From the NCBI GenBank assembly GCA_002269645.1, contig NIVC01000022.1:434001-498000 (forward strand): DNA of 64,000 nucleotides, read 5' to 3'. Positions 36,490 to 47,971 of the stretch are shown here, one piece after another. Position 1 is the stretch's first letter. Each line of letters opens with the position of its first letter. The translations under genes and the position numbers were made by a program. The DNA comes from Macrostomum lignano. Lineage: Eukaryota. Below the pieces are notes generated by a model. The model did not search any database. It was not told the origin of the DNA and saw nothing but the letters and a program-made list of their open reading frames with translations.

Positions 36490-37300
36490 CAGGATGGGCA
36501 TGGGAAAGACAGGAAGGACATGGAGAGGACAGGGAAAACATGGAGAGGACAGGGAAAACATGAAGAAGACAAGGAGGGCATGGGGTGGGCATGGGGAGGA
36601 TAGGGTGGGCATGGGAGGACAGGGTGGGCATAGGGAGGACAGGGTGGACATGGGGAGGACAGGGAGGACATGGGGAGGACAGGGTGGGCACGGGAGGACA
36701 ATGACATGGGGAGGACAATGACATGGGGAGGACAGGGTGGACATGGGGAGGACAGGGAGGACATAAGAGGACAGGGTGGGCATGGGGAGGACAGGGGGGA
36801 CATGGGGAGGACAGAGTGGGCATGGGGAGGACAGGGTGGGCACGGGAGGACAATGACATGGGGAGGACAGGGTGGATATGGGGAGGACAGAGTGGGCATG
36901 GGGAGGACAGGGTGGGCACGGGAGGACAGGGTGGGCATGGGGAGGACAGGGAGGACATAAGAGGACAGGGTGGGCATGGGGAGGACAGGGGGACATGGGG
37001 AGGACAGAGTGGGCATGGGGAGGACAGGGTGGGCATGGGAGGACAGGGTGGGCATGGGAGGACAGGGTGGGCATGGGAGGACAGGGTGGGCATGGGGAGG
37101 ACAGGGTGGGCATGGGGAGGACAGGGTGGGCATGGGGAGGACAGGGTGGGCATGGGGAGGACAGGGTGGACATGGGGAGGACAGGGTGGACATGGGGAGG
37201 ACAGGGAGGACATGGGAGGACAGGAAGGACATGGGGAGGACAGGGAGGGCATGGGGAGGACAGGGAGGACAGGGGGAAGACAGGGGGAATGGGAGGACAT
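36490..37300. repeat. ~20-bp purine-rich minisatellite (CATGGGGAGGACAGGGTGGG)n
   Basis: Tandem units upstream of the La acceptor at 36369. Confidence 0.95.
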
Positions 37301-38134
37301 GTGAAGGGCACAGACAAGACAGGGCTCGCACAATATCGAATCAGTCTCATACCCTAAGAACTACTCTAAGCACTGTACAATCCAAACTAATAAAAAATGA
37401 CCAAGCCAAACACAAGCCCGAGTTAATGAGTGTTAGACGGTGCTAATGAGGACAGACAACACAGTCTCTGCGTGCGGATGGTGAGTGCAAAGGCTGGTGC
37501 TGTTAAAGCGAGTTAGAAATTTCATTGTCTCAATACCCAGGTATGGTCAGGTATTTGAGAAGTTAGCTATCGGTTTATCAGAGCTTTGCTGGACAAAACA
37601 AAGAAGCAAAGCGAAGCTTTAGCTGAGAACTGAGACGCGACTTAACAAAAAAATCTGTAATTATTATTTTGAAAATCAATCAGAACGGAGAGTAATTTGA
37701 TTAGAAAATTAACAGGGGGCACGCGCGTGAAAATTTTACCTGGCTAGCAAATCAAAGAGTTTTTTTAAAGGTGCGAAAAATCCAGTTCCAGATGAGGGAT
37801 AAAACGAACACAAAGAGCGGTCACTATACAGCAAGGTATCGCCACCAGAACACAGCCCCAGTCTGTCACTGCAGTCAAGGAAAATTAATGGTAAAATAGT
37901 AAATTATTATTATTATCAAAGCAAAGTAGACAGAGACGCCTTGAAGAATTCGCTTGTTTAAATCTACCGAACAGCGCTTTTCAATGACAGTCGATGAGAA
38001 TTTTGCTGCTTTTGTGGGATAAAATATATATATATTAATTTTCACAAAACGAAATTTCTGGATAGATAAGCGTGAGCGGGCCTCCGATAGCGGTAGCAGT
38101 CTGGCTTCCATCCATCATCATGATTATTAATCCC

Positions 38135-38700
38135 CAGTCGGATCCCCAAATATCCCCAAAACACATTCAGATCCCCAAATATCCCCAAAACACAGTCAGA
38201 TCCCCAAATATCCCCAAAACACAGTCAGATCCCCAAATATCCCCAAAACACATTCAGATCCCCAAATATCCCCAAAACACAGTCAGATCCCCAAATATCC
38301 CCAAAACACAGTCAGATCCCCAAATATCCCCAAAACACAGTCAGATCCCCAAATATCCCCAAAACACAGTCAGATTTCCAAATATCCCCAAAACACAGTC
38401 AGATCCCCAAATATTCCCAAAACACAGTCAGATCCCCAAATATCCCCAAAACAGTCAGATCCTCAAAAAATCCCAAAACACTATTAACTTCCCAACAACC
38501 CCCAAAACACTATCAGCTCCCCAAAAATCCCACAAAACACCATCAGCCCCCAAAACACTATCTGCTCCCTAAAGATCCCCCCAAAACACTATCTGCTCCC
38601 TAAAGATCCCCCAAAACACTATCTGCTCCCCAAAGATCCCCCCAAAACACCATCAGCCCCCCAAAATCCCATCAGCTTCCCAACAATCCCGAAATACACT
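38135..38700. repeat. 29-bp minisatellite (CAGTCAGATCCCCAAATATCCCCAAAACA)n with a decaying tail
   Basis: Tandem units between BI-1 and La. Confidence 0.9.
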
Positions 38701-38906
38701 ATCTTGCAGATAGCTTGCAGATCTTGCGACATAATCGAATATTCTAACAGCTCTTACTCCATACTAACAGAGGCCCAGCCAACTACAACAGGCACAACAA
38801 TCAGTTTGATTAATATGTATCATATCAATTCCGCAATGTGTATCTCAAGTCCAGTTCATCATCAACTCATCAGCCTCCCGCTTTCGCATCCGTCCAGACG
38901 CCGAAC

Positions 38907-39635
38907 TCAATTCTTGCTCTTCTTGCGCTTCTCCTTGCCGCCATCGTCCTGCTGCTTCATCAGCAGGATGAGCACAACGCGGAACACCTCCACGACGTCC
39001 ATAAACAGGTCCAGGCAGTGCGAGATGTAGTCCTTGTCGCCCATGCGGGCCATCTCCACAATCTTCTGGGTGTCGTACACCATGAAGCCGCAGAACACCA
39101 GCAGGGTGAGCTTCAGCGTGATGTCGAACATGAAGGGCGAGCGGACGAAGATGTTCGCCAGGCTGAGCAGGAGCAGCACGGTCAGGCCGGAGGCCAGCGG
39201 CCCGGCCAGGTACATCATCCAGCGGCTGGTCTTGGCCAGCAGGGCGGCGCCGCAGAAGCAGACGGTGACAACCATGGTGATGATGATGGCGTTAACCAGG
39301 ATGCTGGGATCCATGTCGATGGCCAGGCCGATGAGAGGCGCCATGCCGGAGCCGGACAGGGCGCAGAAGGCGGCGAAGGCGGCGTGCCGCTCCGGGCCGA
39401 AGTTGTCGCGGCCGCTCTGGATGTACAGCAGCAGGCCGAGGCTGGCCAGGGCGGCCACCAGGCCGTACAGCGGCACCAGGTACATGCCGATGTAGGCGCC
39501 AGCGGCGGCGGCCAGGAGGCCCATGGCAAGACAGGCGTACACGCGCTGCAGATGGGAGCAGACGTGGCTCTCCAGGTGGGAGAGGTCGAACAGGCCGTTC
39601 ATGGTGAGCCGGTGTCGGTTCAGCAGGGTGTCCAT
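38907..39635 (-). CDS. TMBIM6: Bax inhibitor-1 (transmembrane BAX inhibitor motif protein 6), intronless CDS, 242 aa
   Basis: HLQRVYACLAMGLLAAAAGAY, VFCGFMVYDTQKIVE and GDKDYISHCLDLFMDVVEVFR, plus a basic KEKRKK tail, all match BI-1. Confidence 0.93.
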   Translation of the reverse strand: MDTLLNRHRLTMNGLFDLSHLESHVCSHLQRVYACLAMGLLAAAAGAYIGMYLVPLYGLVAALASLGLLLYIQSGRDNFGPERHAAFAAFCALSGSGMAPLIGLAIDMDPSILVNAIIITMVVTVCFCGAALLAKTSRWMMYLAGPLASGLTVLLLLSLANIFVRSPFMFDITLKLTLLVFCGFMVYDTQKIVEMARMGDKDYISHCLDLFMDVVEVFRVVLILLMKQQDDGGKEKRKKSKN

Positions 39636-40062
39636 GGCAGTTTAGTTTGCAATGAGCATGCAAGCCAATTTGTGAGTAAGACAATGGAAACTATGTGTAT
39701 GTATTTTACCATGTGGCTGCTATCCCACCTTGTTGCAAATAAATTAAATTAGGCTCTCGTTTGATGACAATAATCATTGACAGTAAAAATGAGATCTTGG
39801 TTTGATTTCATAGCAAAACTGTGCAACTTTTGCTAGCAGACAGATAGGATATGGATACCAGTTTTTCACAATCTAGGCCTGCGGGCTGGACTAAAGTGGA
39901 TGAAAACAAGCATAAATAATTTAATTATTTGTATAGTAGCTATATAAATTGACTGATTATTTGCAATCGTTTTTAACTTTATATTTGAAAAACTATAATA
40001 ACAATCTGCTAAATTATATACAGTTGTACATATTGTACATATATCATGTATACCTATATTCC

Positions 40063-40131
40063 CAGTGGCACAACTGGGGGGGTCGCTTCACAAGCTCGAA
40101 ATTTCATATCCTCGAAACTGTAATTTAAGCT

Positions 40132-40173
<42 letters not shown>

Positions 40174-40395
40174 CTAAGACACTAAGAAAGACAGTACATT
40201 TTCGAGGTTGTGGAATTTCGAGCTTGTGAAAGCAACCCTGGGGGGAGGGGGTAGGGCAGGAGGAGGCTTGAAAAAAATCAAAGGGGGAGGAACCAAGTGA
40301 ATTTATGCCAAAAACACAGCCACTCCTCCAACCCTCCTCCCAAGTCTTTACCTTCCAGAATCTGCCTCCTTAACAAATTTCTGGTTGTGCTACTG
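40063..40395. mobile_element. hAT-type MITE with 8-bp TSD and an internal hairpin/(CAGA)n module
   Basis: TIRs CAGTGGCACAAC / GTTGTGCTACTG; TSD TATATTCC at 40055-40062 and 40396-40403. An inner inverted repeat at ~40078-40240 surrounds (CAGA)n. Confidence 0.8.
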
Positions 40396-40818
40396 TATAT
40401 TCCCTATTGGAATAACTGCATACATGGTACACAACTATCTGCCACACAACGTTGTTAAATTTTGGCGCTGCACTACACTACAGCAAATTAGTCATATATA
40501 GGGTCTATATTGATATATATACTTATTATGAGTATTTTATTATAGAACATCCATTTATCTAAAGATGAGTAGAAATCATTTTGAAGGGTAACCACTTCCA
40601 AACAATACTATTTATTTATGTTGCACATATATAAAAAGGTAGTAATAACTTATAGCATCAATAATATAGTAGGCATATATAGCCAATAGACTTGGAGAAA
40701 GGGTAGCAGTTATGAATGAATATGGTCAATAAACCAAAGGACATAGATATAGGCTTACTCCACAATGCACATTGAAAAAATTCACTTGTAATATATAACT
40801 TTTTTGCATGATTTTACA

Positions 40819-41114
40819 CATACATGCGCAACCTCCAAAATTCGGTCGGCCGTGCGACTTAGTTTTAACAAAAATGCGACGTAGTTTTTGGCCAAAAATG
40901 CGACTTACATGTAAAAAACCCAAAGCAAAATTAACGCAACTTTGGGTAAACGGCAGGAGTAACTATAACTGTCTTAGTAAGCCAAAATGCCTCGTCAGCT
41001 ACTTAGTACTACTACTTAGGTGTTTTTTCGGGTGGGCATTTTTGCGACTTTCTTGGTTGGCCGTCAAATCGGTCGGCCGGATCGGCCGACTCGGCCGACT
41101 GTTGCGCATGTATG
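40819..41114 (+). mobile_element. CATACATGCGCAAC-TIR MITE copy 1 (296 bp) carrying a 28S rRNA-like segment
   Basis: Perfect 14-bp TIR; TSD ATTTTACA; 28S-like segment at 40944-41007. Confidence 0.9.
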
Positions 41115-41816
41115 ATTTTACAATTGGACCAAAGGGATACCTAAACCTAGTAATCGCACATGAATAATAATAGACAGATAATACCACATTTTTGAGATTT
41201 TTGAGATTGGAAATCTATACTTATGAGACAATAAAGATTCAAAACTAAGCCCAATTACATCTAATACTAATAGGCCCATTTACATTATTCTGTCTATCAA
41301 AGCTAATATTGTTATTTGTAATATGTATAATAATAATAATAATAGAAAAAACAAGACTAATATTGAGCTTGTTAAGAACTAGATGTATATCAAATACAAA
41401 TATGATAAATATAAATTTTGTTTGATAATTTTGATCTTAAATAATAAAATACATTTAATAAACAGATAAATAATCTCAAATTTTCTTGAGATCTCAAAAG
41501 TCTAAGCTACTAATTTACAAAAACTAAATATATTAAATATCAATAATGAATATTAAGTTAGGCCTAAGATTATCCTGTTTCTATTGCATTATCACTGAAA
41601 TAAAATAAAATAACTTGACTAAGCCTAAGCCTAATATAGTAGACATATTGCCTATTGGAATGAATCCAGCAATAAAGTGTTAAACTAGGTAATAATGGCA
41701 TAGGCAAAGGGGATAAGGGAATATATCCCCCATAGGGCTATGGGGATGTAGTGTAGGGGCATATTTTTAATGAAAGTTTTTGTATATAATATTAATAAAC
41801 AATATAGTCTTACCAG

Positions 41817-42570
41817 GGGCCAATTTCATGAAGCAAGTACAAGACAAATTGACAATTTACAAGTGACAAGTTTAAAATATCACAATTATTGCATTTCATG
41901 ATAAAAGATAATAATTTAACAAGTTATAAGTGATAAGTGACCATTTGTCAAGCCATTTTTGTCATTTGTTTGGCCATAGACAACATAGGTTTAGCTTGAG
42001 CACTATTGAAAGTTCTCACTTGTCAATGACAAGTCTACAAGTGACCTAAGCTCTTGTCAACAGTCTATTTAGATAGAGAAACAGACACATAATAGCAAGC
42101 ATACAGAATTCCTCTGTTCTCAATTTGTGAATCCACTTAAAATAAGCATGTTTAGCTATAGTGAAAAAGAAGATGCTCTTCTCAATGAAGCTTATGCAGT
42201 GCAGATCTTCAAAGAAACATTTTCCTCAATTTTTTTTCTAGAAGAAATAGTTTGTCCTTACAAGTATTTTTCATTTTAGGCTTAAAGAGATATAGAATGA
42301 AATAAACCAAAAAATGACACTTATAATTTAAACACTAATTATTTATAAGCAAAGCTCAGAGTTCAAAATTTGATGGTTTAAAGCCAAAGTTTATAGCCTT
42401 GGAAAAATGATTATAAGACCTAGTTGACCCATAGACTGCACAACTTAAGTCCTATTTTTAAACTTGACAAGTAGTTGCTAAATTCTCAGAAACTGAAATC
42501 CCTGCCACTTATCATTTATAATTTGTCAAGTTGTTGCTTATCACTTATACTTGCTTCATGAAATTGGCCC
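41817..42570. mobile_element. PIF/Harbinger-like MITE (~750 bp)
   Basis: TIRs GGGCCAATTTCATGAAGCAAGTA / TACTTGCTTCATGAAATTGGCCC. The 3-bp TSD (CAG) fits only if one C has been lost. Confidence 0.65.
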
Positions 42571-43359
42571 AGTTGTATCCTCTTATGAAAAATTTCTGCC
42601 TCTTAGCCTCTGCTAGGTAAAATGCAAAACTATATACAAGGTCTAATTTGAGGATACAATTTTGAAAGTAAGGATGTTATATAGCATCCCTATTGGACAA
42701 AATGACAAAAGTAAACCTAGGTAGGCCCCTCACTCTCAGAGCTGTTACACAATATACTAGAAAAAATGAGTCCTTGCATCATAAATCCAAATTTATCCTA
42801 GAAAAACAAATTTACTCATGATCTATATACCAGACATCAAAACATATCAAACATAAAACATAATATTTATGAGTAAATATAAAACATAAAAAGTATTGCA
42901 ACAATAAAAGACCTTTTTTGCTTTGCAACAATATAAGACCCTTTTTGTATTATGACATTTGGTATTTTGTATGCTAATAGCTATGCTATATGCTGGCTCT
43001 ATGGTGCAATTTCCTGTGTATTGTTCCATATGCTAGATACTTTATGCCAACCATTTTTGGTCTATTAAATACTAGAATTTTCTGGCATAAATATAAGATT
43101 TAAGAGTGGGAGGTAGAGGTTAGATAGGATCCCAATTCTACAACATTGGGATCCCAATCCTAAAAAATAGGAACCAAGAATAGGTCTTTTGGTTTAAAAT
43201 CTATGGAATTGATGATTGTTTTAATGCATTTTTTACTTGTACTCATTATATTGTTATAATTCTTTGGTTACAAAACTTTGCATTATTCTATTCTATTTTA
43301 TTCTTTTGATCTTAATATTGTTCAACCTTGTTAACACATATTGATTATAATATTTTAAA

Positions 43360-45723
43360 CATACATGCGCAACTTCTGAAATTACACTGGCCGTGCGACT
43401 TAGTTTTCGATAAAAAATGCGACTTACCTATGAAAGAGCCAAGCAAAAACTTTAGGTAAACGGCAGGAGTAACTATGACTATTTTTTTTAAAGCTAAATG
43501 CCTCGCCAGCTAATTAGTGCTGCGTGCAGATTCCGCATTTTTATAACAGCTAATCAGTGTCATCTAGTGGCGGCATGAAGCAATTAGTAAATTGTCAGTA
43601 CAGTGTAGTGAGCATACTACAAAAGTCATGATTCATGAATGTCCAGAAGTAAGTGAAGTGAATACAGTGTGACCTATAGCTCAAGAACGATTTGCTAGAC
43701 GATTTGGCATGGAAGATAAGAGCCCTGATTCAGATGGCTCATCAGATGCAGAATACGAATCCAGTAGAGATACGAGCTGTGAAAACCCACAGATTTTTAA
43801 ACCACTGAATTCTAATTCCCGGAACTATTTTTGCATAGATTCTAAATTTGAAGTCATGCTCAAACAAAAACTTGTTAACAGTTAGGAAAAAGGCAAAGAT
43901 GGGAGTAATGCATGTTAAACTAAGATTTGAGGCCTTTGCAAATTCTCTCCATTCCTCAATCTTCTCATCCTCTTTTTCTTTTCTCTCTCATCCCTTATCC
44001 CTTCTCTCTTTCCTCTCCTCTCTCCTCTCTTTCCTCTCCTCTCCTATCTCTTCTGTCTCCTCTCTACATTCTTATCTCTCCTCTCGTCTCTCTCCATTCC
44101 ACTCTACTCTCTCATCTTATCTTCCCTCTCGTCTCTCTCCACTCTACTCTCTCATCTTATCTCTCCTCTCTTTTCTACTCTCTCATCTCTCCTCTCTTCA
44201 CTCTCCTCTCATCTCCTCTTTATCCTCTCTTCTCTCATCTACTCTCTCCTCTTTCCTCTTTCCTCTCTTCTGATCTCATCCATCATCTTTTCTTTCCTCT
44301 TTCCTCTAATCTCCTCTTCTCTCTCATCTCTTTTTCCTCCCTCAGCTTTTCTCTCCTCTTCTATCTTTTCTCCCATCGCATCGCTCGCCTCTCCTCTGTT
44401 TGCTTATCTCTAATCTTCTATTCCCTCTACTTTGAAGTAAGAAAATATGCACATATTTTTGCTGAAGATAAGAGGAGAGAAGAGGGCATTGAGGAGAAAG
44501 GGTAGAGAGAAAGGGGGAGAAGAGAGGAGAGTAAAAATGAGAGGAGAGAGAAGAGGGAAAAGGGGGGAGAGAGAGAATAGGGGAGGCAAGGTAGAGAAGA
44601 AGAGAGAGATGAGAGTTGAAGAGACACCAACCTTGCTAGTTAGGAAGTTTCAAAGAACCCGAGGGGCGAGGGCCAGATAGAGGGGCTTTGCGAGCCGGAG
44701 TTTGCCAACCCCTGCTCCAGAGTTTAAGAAATCAATGGGAAACTGTTGACGCAGGCTTCTGATTTCAAAGATCTTGTCTGTGGTTGAAGGCTTCTATTCT
44801 GTTTTTGCTCTCCTGCCACACTTGCACCTACTACCCCCTGATTGCCTCTGATTGTGACTTACTTCCCTCTTATTGCGACTTAGTTGCTTCTTTTTGCGAC
44901 TTACTTAATCCTTTTTGCGACTTACTTAATCCTTTTTGCAACTTACCTAATCCTTTTTGCGACTTACTTAATCCTTTTTGCAACTTACCTAATCCTTTTT
45001 GCAACTTACCTAATCCTTTTTGCAACTTACTTAATCCTTTTTGCGACTTACTTAATCCTTTTTGCAACTTACCTAATCCTTTTTGCAACTTACCTAATCC
45101 TTTTTGCAACTTACCTAATCCTTTTTGCAACTTACTTAATCCTTTTTGCAACTTACTTAATCCTTTTTGCAACTTACCTAATCCTTTTTGCAACTTACCT
45201 AATCCTTTTTGCAACTTACTTAATCCTTTTTGCAACTTACTTAATCCTTTTTGCAACTTACCTAATCCTTTTGCGACTTACCTAACCCTTTTGCGACTTA
45301 CCTAATCCTTTTTGCGACTTAGCTGATCCTTTTGCGACTTACCTGATTCTTTTTGCGACTTACCTGATTCCTGTTGCGACTTACCTGATCTTTTTTGCGA
45401 TTTACCTAATCCTTTTGCGACTTAGCTGATCCTTTTGCGACTTACCTAATCCTTTTTGCCACTTACCTAATCCTTTTTGCGACTTACCTAACCCTTTTGC
45501 GACTTACCTGATCCTTTTTGCGACTTAGTTTGCTTCTTTTGCGAATTGTTTTTCTTTTGCTTCACCATTTTCCCTGAACTGCTCTTTCTTTTGCTTTCCT
45601 CTTGCCTTTCTTGGTTCTTGTGTTTTTTTGTTTTTGGTTGACTTAATTTTGCGACTTACCCCTAGTCAGCCACGATTTACGGTGGCCGGATCGGCCAGGT
45701 CGGCCAGCAGTTGCGCATGTATG
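43360..45723 (+). mobile_element. CATACATGCGCAAC-TIR element, long copy 2 (2364 bp)
   Basis: Same TIR; TSD ATTTTAAA; 28S-like segment at 43455-43519. Internal CT/GA tracts, a hAT-like end at 44698-44714 and a 21-bp array. Confidence 0.9.
44870..45535. repeat. 21-bp minisatellite (TTACCTAATCCTTTTTGC[A/G]AC)n inside copy 2
   Basis: About 30 units; only a few units at the homologous site of copy 4. Confidence 0.95.
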
Positions 45724-46271
45724 ATTTTAAAGACCTAATTCCAATTCCTAAATCCCAACCCTAAAAAATTTTTTTCCCAATCCTGATCCAACCCAATGAC
45801 TTCAATCCTGTCCAACTTCTAGTAGGAGATAAGCCCTAGGGCCCTATAGTTTAGATCCTATATTTTAGTATATGCTAAGTCTAGTATAGAAAAAAATATA
45901 CTATAAGACCTTGGTTAAATGCTTGGACTAAAATGCATCATTGACAAAATGTTTTAATAGTAAGTCAATTTGCCAAAAGTTGATTTGCCAAAAAATCAAT
46001 ATACCAAAAGCAGGTTGTTTTGCCAAAAGTTATTTTGTCAAATAAATAAACAACAAACAAATTTCAATGAGCAAATGAAATATATATAAACAATTAATAA
46101 TGTTTATTTATCTTGTGCATATTTGTTTGTTTGTTTAAAATTGCTGTTTAATAATCTGGATACCTTGTTTATGGCTAGCCTAATGAATCAATAATAAGCC
46201 TAATGCAGCTAGCCTAGTCAGTCACAGGCTCACAGCGGCAACTGGGGGCAGGGGGTGCTAGGCCTCTATGA

Positions 46272-46567
46272 CATACATGCGCAACAGTCGGCTAAGTCGG
46301 CCGATCCGGCCAACTGATTTGGCGGCCAACCAAGTAAGTCGCAAAAATGCCCACTTGAAAAACACAAAGTAGTAGTACTAAGTAGCTGATGAGGCATTTT
46401 AGCTTTATAAGACAATCATAGTTACTCCTGCCATTTACCCAAAGTTGCATTTATTTGCTTTCCGGTTTTTTTACATGTAAGTTGCATTTTTTGGCCAAAA
46501 ACTACGTCACATTTTTGTTAAAACTAAGTTGCACGGCCGACCGAATTTTGGAGGTTACGCATGTATG
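46272..46567 (-). mobile_element. CATACATGCGCAAC-TIR MITE copy 3 (296 bp)
   Basis: Reverse orientation; degenerate TSD CTCTATGA/CTCTGTAA; 28S-like segment at 46377-46440. Confidence 0.88.
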
Positions 46568-46830
46568 CTCTGTAATGGGGGAGGGGGCCTGAAAATTTGG
46601 CCTAGATCAGCTGGCCGGGGGGTGGGGAGTCATGACTCCCCCTTGGCTACGCCCTTGCCTAGGCTTAAATTAAGCCTAGGCAATTTAATGGCTAATGGCT
46701 AACTCTTAAGAAGTTTACTGTGAGTCTGTGTAGGCCTACTTATAATTTAAATTTAATGAAATGAAATGGTAAATGTTAAGAGCTAGTTTTTTTATAGGCT
46801 TAAGCTTTTGTTTTATAAGCAAAGCTAGGC

Positions 46831-46942
46831 GGCTATCCTGTAGTTTTGCACGTTAAATTATTTTACGGAATTATTTCGCCCTCTATTCAAGGGTGGTGGG
46901 GGGTGGGGGTAATAATTTAACGTGCGAAACTACAGGATAGCC
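46831..46942. mobile_element. 112-bp MITE with GG-terminal TIRs and 8-bp TSD (Merlin-like)
   Basis: GGCTATCCTGTAGTTT..CACGTTAAATTATT inverted arms; TSD AGCTAGGC on both sides. Confidence 0.7.
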
Positions 46943-47971
46943 AGCTAGGCCTATGGTAGGCCTAATGGCATAACAGTTGTTAGATAAACCTGCCTCTGCC
47001 TACCAATTTAAAATAAATTTACACACATTTCAATTAAGGATTAATAGCTGCCCTAACTGAGACAACTTCCAATGGAAGGCTTTCAAGACGTTTCACCGGT
47101 TTCGTTGATAACCTTTTCGCCAGACCATACGGGCCACGGCTAGCTACTGGCGCGGCCAGCAACTTGTTCCACCAAGATTTGTTGAAGCTGACGTGTGATT
47201 TAAGAAGGTAGTAAAGTGTAAATAAACGAATTGCCAAACACAAATCAGATAACTTTACCAAAAACGGTGGTAAATTAAAGTTCAATTACTCAATTCATGC
47301 TTTTTTAAAAAAGTAAAAAATATACATTTTACCATAATTGGTATATTTTAATTCGGTTTTATTTTAACTGACTAATTGAAACCAACAAATTTAAACTTTT
47401 GCGAGCAGAGTTTGACGATGACGAAGAAGAACGAAGAAGAAGCTGTTGTATTGTGTGCTGACCAATTTCAATTTGTATTATTGTATTATTATTGTATACC
47501 GTAATAGTATCACACACGGTCACGGACGTCGGACACGCCTATGTATAAAAATTCTAGAAGTTTGTTATCCTAATAAGTTAAATATTCTGCGTCCAGCATC
47601 GGGCCTAGGCCTATTCTATTCTTACTTAGGAAGTTAGGACTTAGGACTTTTGGTGATCCTTTTGTTTGTGATCACCTATTTTGCTAGTTTCAGGTTATGA
47701 TCACCTTATATTTTGCTCATTGCAGCACAAAAATGGCATGTTCAAAATTGGCTAATGAAAAAATATGCAAAATTGAAAGGTAATGGCTAGAGTTCGAGCA
47801 TTGGAACTTGTTTTCTAACAGCTAGGGATCTGGCAGTGCCATATAGAAGCATATAAAGACTACTAAGAATATATCTTAAGAAGTCTAAATATTATAAGCA
47901 TATCGTTGCAAATCTTATCATATCATTTTAAATTTTAATCTAGAACAAAATCTCAATATCAGCCACTTATA

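Noticed and set aside
36240-37446. Cys/Pro-rich and Gly-rich ORFs (PCPPCPP, GGQGGHG)
   Set aside because: Translations of the 20-bp purine-rich array upstream of La.
40944-41007. Annotating the 28S-like segments as rRNA genes
   Set aside because: They are only ~64 nt, degenerate and internal to TIR elements, so they are captured fragments rather than rDNA.
43555-43575. CTCF-like motif TGTCATCTAGTGGC in the long elements
   Set aside because: A single short match with no supporting evidence.
43848-45305. Ser/Leu-rich and LLNPFCN repeat ORFs in the long MITE copies
   Set aside because: They derive from CT-rich tracts and the 21-bp array; no transposase motifs are recognisable.
47034-47285. 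83-aa minus-strand ORF in a GC-moderate island
   Set aside because: No recognisable domain, splice context or supporting composition.
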